Source of the DNA: Octopus sinensis
Taxonomy: Eukaryota
Length of the DNA: 64,000 nucleotides
Direction: 5' to 3'
NCBI RefSeq assembly: GCF_006345805.1
Contig: NC_043012.1
Span: 54,994,001-55,058,000 of the forward strand
The position numbers were made by a program, and so were the translations under genes. This document shows positions 50,402 to 61,690 of the stretch, one piece after another (the stretch's first letter is position 1; every line of letters begins with the position of its first letter). The notes under the pieces were generated by a model. The model had not been told where the DNA came from, ran no database searches, and worked only from the letters and a program-made list of their open reading frames with translations.

Positions 50402-52868
50402 TGTGTCCTAGGAGAGCAATGTGTCCTAGGAGAGAAATGTGTCCTTTAGGAGAGAAATGTGTCCTAGGAGAGAAATGTATCCGTATGGATGATGGTTCAC
50501 TTGCCCTAAATGAGGCTGCAAAGAGAGAGGTTTGGAGATGCCACTATGAAAGGCTGCTCAATAAAGAGAATCAATGGGAGAAAGAGAGTCTGCCAAATGT
50601 CGACCCAACAGAGGGACCAGCTATCCAAATTGACAGTACCTTGGTAGTTAAAGCAATCAAGAGTATGAAGGCAGGGAAAGCCCCGGGCCCATCAGGAATC
50701 ACTGCAGAGATGCTCAAAATATCTGGCAGTGTCGGCTATAGCCTAGTCACCTGCATAGTTAACCAGGTGATACACGAAGGAGTCATACCCAATGACTCGT
50801 GTAGCAACACCATAGTCAACTGCTACAAAGGTAAAGGTGACGCCTTAGATACAAATAATTACAGAGGTATCAAGTTGCTGGTTCAAGTAATGAAGGTCAT
50901 GGAGAGGATCATAGGTCAACTAATTAGAGAGAGAGAGTCAGTTTAGATGAAATGCAGTTTGGGTTCGTGCCAGGGAAAAGCACCACTGATGCTATATTCC
51001 TGGTAAGACAGCTGCAGGAGAAATACCTAGCCAAAGATAAACCTCTGTACTTGGCTTTCGTTGACATGGAAAAAGCCTTTGACAGGTTCCCCCGATCCCT
51101 TATCTGGTGGTCAATGAGGAAACTAGGGATAGATGAATGGTTAGTGAGAGCTGTGCGAGCCATGTACAGGGACGCTGTTAGTAAGGTGAGGGTTGGTAAC
51201 GAATACAATGAAGAATTCCGGGTAGAGGTAGGGGTCCACCAAGGTTCAGTCCTCAGCCCCCTCCTAATTATCATAGTTCTCCAGGCAATAACAGAGGAAT
51301 TCAAGACTGGATGCCCCTGGGAGCTCCTCTATGCTGATGACCTTGCTCTATTTGCTGAGTCACTATCAGAACTAGAGGAGAAGTTTCAGGTGTGGAAGCA
51401 AGGATTAGAATCGAAAGGCCTTAGAGTCAACCTAGCTAAAACAAAAGTCCTAATAAGTAGGAAGGTAGACAAACCACAAACGCCTTCAGGTAGATGGCCC
51501 TGCTCGATCTGTAGAAAAGGCATAGGTAGAAACTCTATAAGATGTACCTAATGTAAGCTATGGACACATAAGAGGTGCAGCAATGTCAAAGGAAGGCTAA
51601 CTGGGAAGATAGTTTTTGTATGTGGCAGATGCTCAGGAGCAATAAACACTGAAAATCTGCAGAAAACAACTTCCGTCACTTTCCAGGGAGAAAAACTAGA
51701 AGTAGTTGATAGCTTCCGTTACCTAGGTGACCAAGTCAGTAGCGGGGGCAGGTGTGCTGAAAGTGTAACTGCTAGAGTAAGAATAACCTGGGCAAAGTTC
51801 AAAGAGCTCTTACCTCTGCTGGTGACAAAAGGCCTCTCGCTCAGAGTAAAAGGCAGATTGTATGACGCATGTGTACAAACAGCCATGCTACATGGCAGTG
51901 AAACATGGGCCGTGATTGCTGAGGACATGCGTAAGCTCACGAGGAATGAAGCCAGTATGCTCCGATGGATGTGTAATGTCAGTGTACATACTTGACAGTG
52001 TAAGTACCCTGAGAGAAAAGTTAGATCTAAGAAGCATCAGCTGTGGTGTGCAAGAGAGATGATTGGGCTGGTATGGTCATGTGGCGAGAATGGATGAAGA
52101 TAGTTGTGTGAAAAAGTTCCAATCCCTAGTGGTTGAGGGAACCTGTGGAAGAGGTAGACCCAGGAAAACCTGGGACGAGGTGGCGAAGCACGACCTTCGA
52201 ACATTAGGCCTCACCAAGGCAATGACTAGTGACCGAGACCTTTGGAAATATGCTGTGCGTGAGAAGACCTGGCAGGACAAGTGAGACCATCTCGTGGCCT
52301 TTGCCAGGGATGTAGCCAGCCCACTTATCCATGCCTTTCCTTCTTTGGACACATGAAGACCTGTTGAGGCAAGAGAAGTCGAAATTGAATTCGAAATCGA
52401 ACCTCATCCGACGACTGGCACCCGGCAGTTGCCAGTGCTGCTGGACTGACTCCTGTACAGGTGGCAAGTAAAGAAACCGTTTCGACTCTGTGTTTGAGGA
52501 GGCCTATTGAGTCAAGTACATCAACATCAAAAATCAATGGAAATTGTAGTTGTGATCCCTGTGCTGGTGGCACGTAAAAAGCACCATCCGAACGTGGCTG
52601 ATGTTAGCGCCACCTTGACTGGCTTCCGTGCCGGTGGCATGTAAAAAGCACCAACTGATCGTGGCCATTGCCAGCCTCACCTAGCACGTAAAAAGCACCC
52701 ACTACACTCACGGAGTGGTTGGCATTAGGAAGGACATCCAGCTGTAGAAACACTGCCAGATCAGACTGGAGCCTGGTGCAGCCTTCTGGCTTCCCAGATC
52801 CCCGGTCGAACCGTCCAACCCATGCTAGCATGGAAAACGGACGTTAAACGATGATGATGATGATGATG
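50402..52868 (+). mobile_element. 5'-truncated RTE-clade LINE with RT domain, 3' UTR and (GAT)n tail
   Basis: [54 protein letters not shown] +2 slip in (GA)n near 50930 and an in-frame TAA at 51549. Confidence 0.95.
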
Positions 52869-53077
52869 TACATATATATATATATGTATTAATATATGTA
52901 TTTATATATATATATATATATATGTATTTATATATGTATTTATATATATATATTTTTATATGTATTTATATGTATTTTGGGATTGTAATTCCCTGTAGTC
53001 TAGTGTACCCTGTAAGTTTCATACATATATATATATATATACATAAATATATATATATTTATATATATATATATATA

Positions 53078-54202
53078 GAAAACTAGAAATAGTTGATAGC
53101 TTCCATTACCTAGGTGACCAAGTCAGCAGCAGGGGCGGGTGTGCTGAAAGTGTAACTGCTAGAGTAAGAATAGCTTGGGCAAAGTTCAGAGAGCTCTTAC
53201 CTCTGCTGATGACAAAAGGCCTCTCGCACAGAGTAAAAGGCAGACTGTATGATGCGTGTGTACGAACAGCCATGTTACATGGTAGTGAAACATGCTGAGG
53301 ATATGCGTAAGCTCACAAGAAATGAAGCCAGTATGCTCTGATGGATGTGTAATGTCAGTACTCATACTCGACAGAGTGTAAGTACCTTGAGAGAAAAGCT
53401 GGACCTAAGAAGCATCAGTTGTGGTGTGCAAGGGAGACGTTTGCGTTGGTATGGGCATGTGGCGAGAATGGATGAAGATAGTTGTGTGAAAAAGTGCCAC
53501 ACCCTAGCGGTTGAGGGAACCTGTGGAAGAGGCAGACCCAGGAAAACCTGGGACGAGGTGGTGAAGCACGACCTTCGAACTTTAGGTCTCACTGAGGAAA
53601 TGACTAGAGACTGAGACCTCTGGAAGTATGCTGTGTGTGAGAAGACCCGGCAAGACAAGTGAGACCATAACCCGTGGCCTTCTACATGGGATGGAGCCAG
53701 CCTATGTATGCATACCTTCCCTTCTTGGGACACAAAACTCTACTTGTGAAGACCTGTTGAGGCAAGTGAGGATCAGAATCGAAATCAATCAATGGAAATT
53801 GCAGCTGAGTTACCAGTGCTGGTGGCACGTAAGAGAACCATCCGTTCGTGACCGTTGCCAGCGCTGCCCCGACTGGCCTCGTGCCGGTGGCACGTAAAAA
53901 GCACCATCTGTTCGTGTCCGTTGCTAGCCTTACCTGGCCCCCGTGCCGGTGGCACGTAAAAGCACCATCCGTTCATGGCCGTTTGCCAGCTCCGTCTGGC
54001 ACCTGTGTGGGTGGCACGTAAAAAGCACCCACTATACTCACGGAGTGGTTGGCGTTAGGAAGGGCATCCAGCCGTAGAAACACTGCCAGATCAGACTGGG
54101 CCTGATGCAGCCTTCTGGCTTCACAGACCCCAGTTGAACTGTCCAACCCATGCTAGCATGGAAAGCGGACGCTAAATGATGATGATGATGATGATGATGA
54201 TG

Positions 54203-54204
<2 letters not shown>
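53078..54204 (+). mobile_element. Second, shorter 5'-truncated copy of the same RTE family
   Basis: Starts at KLEIVDSF. Homologous to 51690-52284 plus the 3' UTR and (GAT)n tail. Confidence 0.93.
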
Positions 54205-54282
<78 letters not shown>

Positions 54283-54319
54283 GTGTGTGTATTTATATAT
54301 GTATTTATATATATATGTG

Positions 54320-54350
<31 letters not shown>

Positions 54351-54408
54351 CTATATATATATATATATATATAAATAAACGAGAAAAAAGCAACAAGAAT
54401 GGATTAGT

Positions 54409-54499
54409 TTTTAGTACAATTGTTTCATACAAAGACAGGCTTTATTAAAAGTTGCAAAAATTGCAGCAGATAAAAGTGTCCCGTACTCATCAGCTAAAA
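54409..54499 (-). ncRNA. Type I hammerhead in the PLE 3' terminal region
   Basis: TTTTAG-CTGATGA-GTACGGGACA...TGTCTTTGTAT-GAA-ACAATTGT-A-CTAAAA. 6-bp stem I, palindromic stem III, GUA site. Confidence 0.82.
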
Positions 54500-55887
54500 T
54501 ACATGTGAGTTCTCCAAACATCTTAGTGGGTGAGGCTATACTCATGAAGTATTGGAGATAATTTCATTAAAAGCAGATTTAGGTTGTAAACAGATTTCCG
54601 AAGTTCCTATATGATGATGCACAGTCTTATCACAGGTTTTTAAAAGAAGCTTATTAGCTTCACAGAGAAGGTGAATTAATCCGTAGTGTAGATGTAAATT
54701 TCCAGAGATATGAATTTATCCATGGTTAATCCACAATGAGGTGGGTATCATTCATGCTATATGATAAGGTATTTGCCACATTACTACCCTCTTCACAAGA
54801 CTGCTAAGTTATGACTTCTAAAGGCTGAAGGAATTTTTGTGGAGCAAAGAAAAGAAAAGAAAAAAGAAAAAGAAAAGAAAGGAAAGAGAAGAAAAGAGAC
54901 AATGGAAAAGGAAAAGAAAAAAGAAAAAGGAAAAGAAAAAAGAAAAAGAAAAGAAAGGAAAGAGAAGAAAAGAGACAATGGAAAAGGAAATAGAAAAAAA
55001 GAAAGAAGGAAAAAAGAAAAGGAAAAAAGAAAAAAGGGGAGAAGAAAAGAAAAAAGAAAAAGAAAAAGAAAAGGAAAAAAAAGGAAAAAAAGGGGAAAGA
55101 AAAAAGGGGAAGAAGGGAGCAAAGAAAAAACGCCCACATAGAGTATACTGTGACAACTTAGAGGGAAGGGGTTTTTAAAGTGACTTACTACACAGAAGAA
55201 TTTGTAGACGGCCTGGCTGGCTTGAATTTGCAAGAATCCAGGAACTATAAGGAGAATATTATTTTTGACCAGTTAAAACAGCTATTTTATTGCTAACCTG
55301 ACGTAGTTGAAAGCAGATATGAATCTACAGAGAATCTAAAGAGATAACAAGGTCAGAGGTAGAGGGGTCAAAGGCTATCATAAAAAGGAAATACATTAAG
55401 AGAAGAAATCTAAGTGCATTCCTAACAAGAGGTCATTTAAATTTATTTATTTATTTATTCCTGTTACTGTCTTAAATTGTTGCCGCTACTATCAATACAT
55501 TGACAGACTACAGGTCAAAACTTAGAAGTTAGTTATATTGAAATTTCTCATACTACTTTCATGGGAGTAGCCTTACTTATTTAATTTTGTAATAGAATTA
55601 TGAAGCCTAAGTAACTTATTTTATTAAAGTTGTGTTACCTAAATTAGATTAAATTCAAAATTCAAAATTAAAATTAAGAATTTAAAATTAAATAAAACTT
55701 CATTTAAGCAACGTACAAGTACTATTTATTTCCTTATGCTCGAAATCAGGTGCAGTTTATAAAGAAAAAGATAACTATAGTGTGAGAAACTCGCAGTTAT
55801 CTACTTAAAAATTAAAGTAATGCTATACTAGTAAAAACCAAGCTATATCTATCTATCTATCTTGTTACGATTATTCTATACAGTTAT

Positions 55888-57014
55888 TCATTTAAAATAT
55901 TTTAGAGTCTTCAATTTAGCGTGGACACAAACCTGACCTACTTCAATATGATTATTTAACAAACCTCTATTTTTTCTGTCTTAGAATTTCATAGGTCTCC
56001 ATAGAGCAGAGTTGGCAACCAACCCTGTTATTTTTATACGGCATTGCTCTCCTAACTATTTCCCAAATAAGGTTATAATTCCTGTTATTATTTTTGAGTT
56101 CCCAGATCTTACTTGAAAGTGTGGTGGTACCAGCTTTATGACGTAATTTAAAAGATGAGACGTGATTTCTAACTCTGCTTTTAAAATTTATCGTACAACC
56201 AATATAAAAATATTTGTTATTCTCAGTAGATATGGTACATTTATAGATTACGTTATTTTCCCCGCATAGACCAGGTGCCGGGTATTTTGACTTAATTCTA
56301 CACTTACATGCAGGAGGAACAACTTCAGATGTTGGATTATTCATGGGTAGATGTCTTATGTTCCTGTTATTTTGATTATCATGAGTATAATTATCTTTAT
56401 TATTATTATTATTTTTATAGTTGGTACTGTTATGTAAAGCATTGTTATTATTTATTGATCCTTCTGCTCCATCTTTTAGGTCTAAAGTCCTACCATGATT
56501 ATTTACATTATTGGTAATGTATTATTATTGCTAGTATTTTTATCTGACTGTATATTGTTGTTATAGATATCACTGATATTTTCATTCTCTGTATTTTGTC
56601 TATTAGCCTTACTTCTATTATTAACATTATTACTTCTATTAATATCGATACTATTATTACTCCTATTAATGTTAATATTATTATTAGTCATTCTGTGGTT
56701 ACTGATTCCATCCATGTTATGATAGTTACTATTGTTGCATTTATTGTTGGTAGTATTATTATAATTGTTATTGGTATTCATGTTGGTATTATTATTTTTA
56801 TTTCTATCTTTCCTGGCTAGCTTAATGTTGTTATTATTAATCTTAGCTATTAAAGTGGACATATTTGGGAGGGTTGAATAGAAAATCCTAACTGTTTTCT
56901 TAGAAATAATTCTATGATATCTGTGAGAGATTGGGAAATTTTTTTCTAGAAATACTTTGAATTTGCTCTGTATATCCGATTGAATCGCACAGTTGAAAGG
57001 AATATTCAGCCATA
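55888..57014 (-). pseudogene. PLE C-terminal ORF (linker plus GIY-YIG endonuclease), frameshifted
   Basis: ORF track 56503-57072 and 55967-56344. A frame-corrected end reads ...NRGLLNNHIEVGQVCVHAKLKTLKYFK*. Confidence 0.85.
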
Positions 57015-57199
57015 TTGTACTAAAAACTAATCCATTCTTGTTGCTTTTTTCTCGTTTATAATCACCCCACATTACTGTATGGTTAACACCATATAGTTTT
57101 CTGGTGCATCTAAGTTAAGTACCGTATTCAAGTAAATTCATTAGAATGACTTGAATCTTAATTGCTTTTATATATATAATATATATATATAATATATAT

Positions 57200-57261
<62 letters not shown>

Positions 57262-57302
57262 ATATATGTGTGTGTATTTATATGTATTTATATATATATG
57301 TG

Positions 57303-57359
<57 letters not shown>

Positions 57360-57364
<5 letters not shown>

Positions 57365-59960
57365 CGAGAAAAAAGCAACAAGAATGGATTAGTTTTTAGT
57401 ACAATTGTTTCATACAAAGACAGGCTTTATTAAAAGTTGCAAAAATTGCAGCAGATAAAAGTGTCCCGTACTCATCAGCTAAAATACATGTGAGTTCTCC
57501 AAACATCTTAGTGGGTGAGGCTATACTCATGAAGTATTGGAGATAATTTCATTAAAAGCAGATTTAGGTTGTAAACAGATTTCCGAAGTTCCTATATGAT
57601 GATGCACAGTCTTATCACAGGTTTTTAAAAGAAGCTTATTAGCTTCACAGAGAAGGTGAATTAATCCGTAGTGTAGATGTAAATTTCCAGAGATATGAAT
57701 TTATCCATGGTTAATCCACAATGAGGTGGGTATCATTTCATGCTATATGATAAGGTATTTGCCACATTACTACCCTCTTCACAAGACTGCTAAGTTATGA
57801 CTTCTAAAGGCTGAAGGAATTTTTTGTGGAGCAAAGAAAAGAAAAGAAAGGAAAGAGAAGAAAAGAGACAATGGAAAAGGAAATAGAAAAAAAGAAAGAA
57901 GGAAAAAAGAAAAAGGAAAAAAGAAAAAAGGAAAAGAAAAAAGAAAAAAGGGGAGAAGAAAAGAAAAAGAAAAGGAAAAAAAAAAGGAAAAAAAGGGGAA
58001 AGAAAAAAGGGGAAGAAGGGAGCAAAGAAAAAACGCCCACATAGAGTATACTGTGACAACTTAGAGGGAAGGGGTTTTTAAAGTGACTTACTACACAGAA
58101 GAATTTGTAGACGGCCTGGCTGGCTTGAATTTGCAAGAATCCAGGAACTATAAGGAGAATATTATTTTTGACCAGTAAAACAGCTATTTTATTGCTAACC
58201 TGACGTAGTTGAAAGCAGATATGAATCTACAGAGAATCTAAAGAGATAACAAGGTCAGAGGTAGAGGGGTCAAAGGCTATCATAAAAAGGAAATACATTA
58301 AGAGAAGAAATCTAAGTGCATTCCTAACAAGAGGTCATTTAAATTTATTTATTTATTTATTCCTGTTACTGTCTTAAATTGTTGCCGCTACTATCAATAC
58401 ATTGACAGACTACAGGTCAAAACTTAGAAGTTAGTTATATTGAAATTTCTCATACTACTTTCATGGGAGTAGCCTTACTTATTTAATTTTGTAATAGAAT
58501 TATGAAGCCTAAGTAACTTATTTTATTAAAGTTGTGTTACCTAAATTAGATTAAATTCAAAATTCAAAATTAAAATTAAGAATTTAAAATTAAATAAAAC
58601 TTCATTTAAGCAACGTACAAGTACTATTTATTTCCTTATGCTCGAAATCAGGTGCAGTTTATAAAGAAAAAGATAACTATAGTGTGAGAAACTCGCAGTT
58701 ATCTACTTAAAAATTAAAGTAATGCTATACTAGTAAAAACCAAGCTATATCTATCTATCTATCTTGTTACGATTATTCTATACAGTTATTCATTTAAAAT
58801 ATTTTAGAGTCTTCAATTTAGCGTGGACACAAACCTGACCTACTTCAATATGATTATTTAACAAACCTCTATTTTTTTCTGTCTTAGAATTTCATAGGTC
58901 TCCATAGAGCAGAGTTGGCAACCAACCCTGTTATTTTTATACGGCATTGCTCTCCTAACTATTTCCCAAATAAGGTTATAATTCCTGTTATTATTTTTGA
59001 GTTCCCAGATCTTACTTGAAAGTGTGGTGGTACCAGCTTTATGACGTAATTTAAAAGATGAGACGTGATTTCTAACTCTGCTTTTAAAATTTATCGTACA
59101 ACCAATATAAAAATATTTGTTATTCTCAGTAGATATGGTACATTTATAGATTACGTTATTTTCCCCGCATAGACCAGGTGCCGGGTATTTTGACTTAATT
59201 CTACACTTACATGCAGGAGGAACAACTTCAGATGTTGGATTATTCATGGGTAGATGTCTTATGTTCCTGTTATTTTGATTATCATGAGTATAATTATCTT
59301 TATTATTATTATTATTTTTATAGTTGGTACTGTTATGTAAAGCATTGTTATTATTTATTGATCCTTCTGCTCCATCTTTTAGGTCTAAAGTCCTACCATG
59401 ATTATTTACATTATTGGTAATGTTATTATTATTGCTAGTATTTTTATCTGACTGTATATTGTTGTTATAGATATCACTGATATTTTCATTCTCTGTATTT
59501 GTCTATTAGCCTTACTTCTATTATTAACATTATTACTTCTATTAATATCGATACTATTATTACTCCTATTAATGTTAATATTATTATTAGTCATTCTGTG
59601 GTTACTGATTCCATCCATGTTATGATAGTTACTATTGTTGCATTATTGTTGGTAGTATTATTATAATTGTTATTGGTATTCATGTTGGTATTATTATTTT
59701 TATTTCTATCTTTCCTGGCTAGCTTAATGTTGTTATTATTAATCTTAGCTATTAAAGTGGACATATTGGGAGGGTTGAATAGAAAATCCTAACTGTTTTC
59801 TTAGAAATAATTCTATGATATCTGTGAGAGATTGGGAAATTTTTTTCTAGAAATACTTTGAATTTGCTCTGTATATCCGATTGAATCGCACAGTTGAAAG
59901 GAATATTCAGCCATATTGTACTAAAAACTAATCCATTCTTGTTGCTTTTTTCTCGTTTAT
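57360..59960 (-). mobile_element. 5'-truncated Penelope-like element, copy 2 (tandem duplicate)
   Basis: Near-identical to copy 1. Terminal inverted repeat at 57360-57405 and 59915-59960. Confidence 0.9.
57394..57484 (-). ncRNA. Type I hammerhead in PLE copy 2
   Basis: Same motif as 54409-54499, offset 2985. Confidence 0.82.
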
Positions 59961-60083
59961 AATCACCCCACATTACTGTATGGTTAACACCATATAGTTT
60001 TCTGGTGCATCTAAGTTAAGTACCGTATTCAAGTAAATTCATTAGAATTGACTTGAATCTTAATTGCTTTTATATATATAATA

Positions 60084-60124
<41 letters not shown>

Positions 60125-60129
<5 letters not shown>

Positions 60130-60355
60130 TAGTCCACAGGGAATTACAATCCCAGAGCCTAAATCAGTGAGTGACCTGGGTATCAATATGAGTGATGATA
60201 CCTCTTTCCAAGTGCACATTACCAGGTTGGTGACAAAGGGCAGATGACTGGCTGGATGGATCCTGAGAACTTTCAGAACCAGAGAAAAGGAAACCATGAT
60301 GGTCCTCTGGAGGACATTTGTGTGAGCTGCCTGGATTACTGACTGGAGCAATCTC
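60125..60355 (+). mobile_element. CR1-like LINE fragment
   Basis: GITIPEPKSVSDLGINMSDDTSFQVHI...AGWILRTFRTRE. Confidence 0.75.
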
Positions 60356-60560
60356 AAGATTAATCAGCCGAAATTGCGAGGATGATCTGGTTCTTGACTG
60401 AGGATAGAAAGCTTTGAATGACCCGTCCTTGTTTTTTTTATCCTCTATCTGGATGTTTTGTTGTCCCTTTTTGTATCACCTAGTTATCCGGATGTTTTGC
60501 GTTCTTGTCCCATTTTGTTTTTATATACATATATATAGCAGCATATGTACACTTTGTTCT

Positions 60561-60616
<56 letters not shown>

Positions 60617-60929
60617 GTGTGTGTGTGTGTGTGTAATCGTTACCAGCATTGCCTTACTGGTACTGGTGCCCCGTGCTAGTGGGGTGCTAAGATCACCATC
60701 TGAGCGTGATCGTTGCCATAGTGGCTAACTGGCTTCTGTACCGGTGGCACGTGAAAAAAATTTCGAGCGAGGTGCCCATGCTAGCATGGAAAGCAGATGT
60801 TAAATGATAATGATGATGATGATATGATGATATATATATACTCTTTTACTTGTTTCAGCCATGTGACTGTGGTCACGCTGGAGCACCACCATGGTCTTTC
60901 TGACTTCTTCAGTCTGGATGTTTCACATC

Positions 60930-61690
60930 ACCACTCTTGTATGTGCCTTTGTCCCAGCTGTTGGTTCATCCGGTATTGTGGAGGGGAGGATGTCTAGTTT
61001 CTTTTTTGAAAACATCTACTTCCACCTTATGCAGATTTCTTAATTTTTGTGGTAGGGCATTGAAGAACTGTAGGCCTTTGAACTCTAGACTATTGCAATA
61101 CCTGGTCCTGAATTTAGATGGAGTGGATGGTACCTTTGTTACGGCACAATGGTGGCCAGTTCTGGCATTTGTACTAGCCCTTCTAGGATTTTCCATATAT
61201 ATTATTGCATATCTCTCATGCCTTCACTTCAGGGAGTAAAGCTGTAGTTTTGTCAGCCTATTTCTGTAGCTCATCCCCTGCACTGTTTCAATCTTTTCAG
61301 TGTAGTGGCATTGGACTGTGACGATAACTAGGAGCAGTAGTCCAGGTGGCTGAGAACACAGTGTCAACATAGTTTCTTGGTCTCTTGTCTTGAAGGACCT
61401 CAGTGTCCATCCTGCCAGTTGTCTTCCCTTTGCTGCACGTACCGATCCCCAAGTCTTTCACTGCCTGTGACTCTGGGATTGTAGTGCCTTTGGATCCTGT
61501 AAATGTAGATTGTACTGTATTTGTGAGTTGATAGTGCAGTGCTTGAAATTTTCTGGCATTAAACTGCATGTTGTTTATTTTGGCCCACTTGTATATTGAG
61601 TTTAGGTCCCGCTGTAAGCTTGTGACATCATCTTAGTTTTTTTATTGCACGTGATAATTTTCTATCCTCGGCATAGATGATGACAGTGGT
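60930..61690 (-). mobile_element. CR1-like LINE 3' fragment
   Basis: MQFNARKFQAL...VKDLGI and SLEFKGLQFFNALPQKLRNL...VFKK. Confidence 0.8.

Larger units (their letters stand above)
54375..57059 (-). mobile_element. 5'-truncated Penelope-like element (GIY-YIG retained, RT absent), copy 1
   Basis: WLNIPF...HRYHRIISKKTVRIFYSTLPNM, then CKCRIKSKYPAPGLC, NVIYKC...YIGCT...FKSRVRNH. A 46-bp terminal inverted repeat lies at 54375-54420 and 57014-57059, with an HHR at the 3' end. Confidence 0.9.
54205..60124. repeat. Tandem duplication of an approximately 2.9-kb unit
   Basis: About 54205-57170 versus about 57171-60124. It includes the PLE, about 110 bp of flank and the (TA)n pattern. Breakpoints fall in (TA)n. 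Confidence 0.93.

Noticed and set aside
53821-54029. CRISPR-like repeat-spacer appearance (also the SINE A multimers)
   Set aside because: Eukaryotic LINE/SINE context, spacers homologous to each other, and no cas genes.
54793-55233. Lys/Glu-rich and Phe-rich ORFs (also 57779-58136 and 25794-26183)
   Set aside because: They come from purine/pyrimidine low-complexity tracts.
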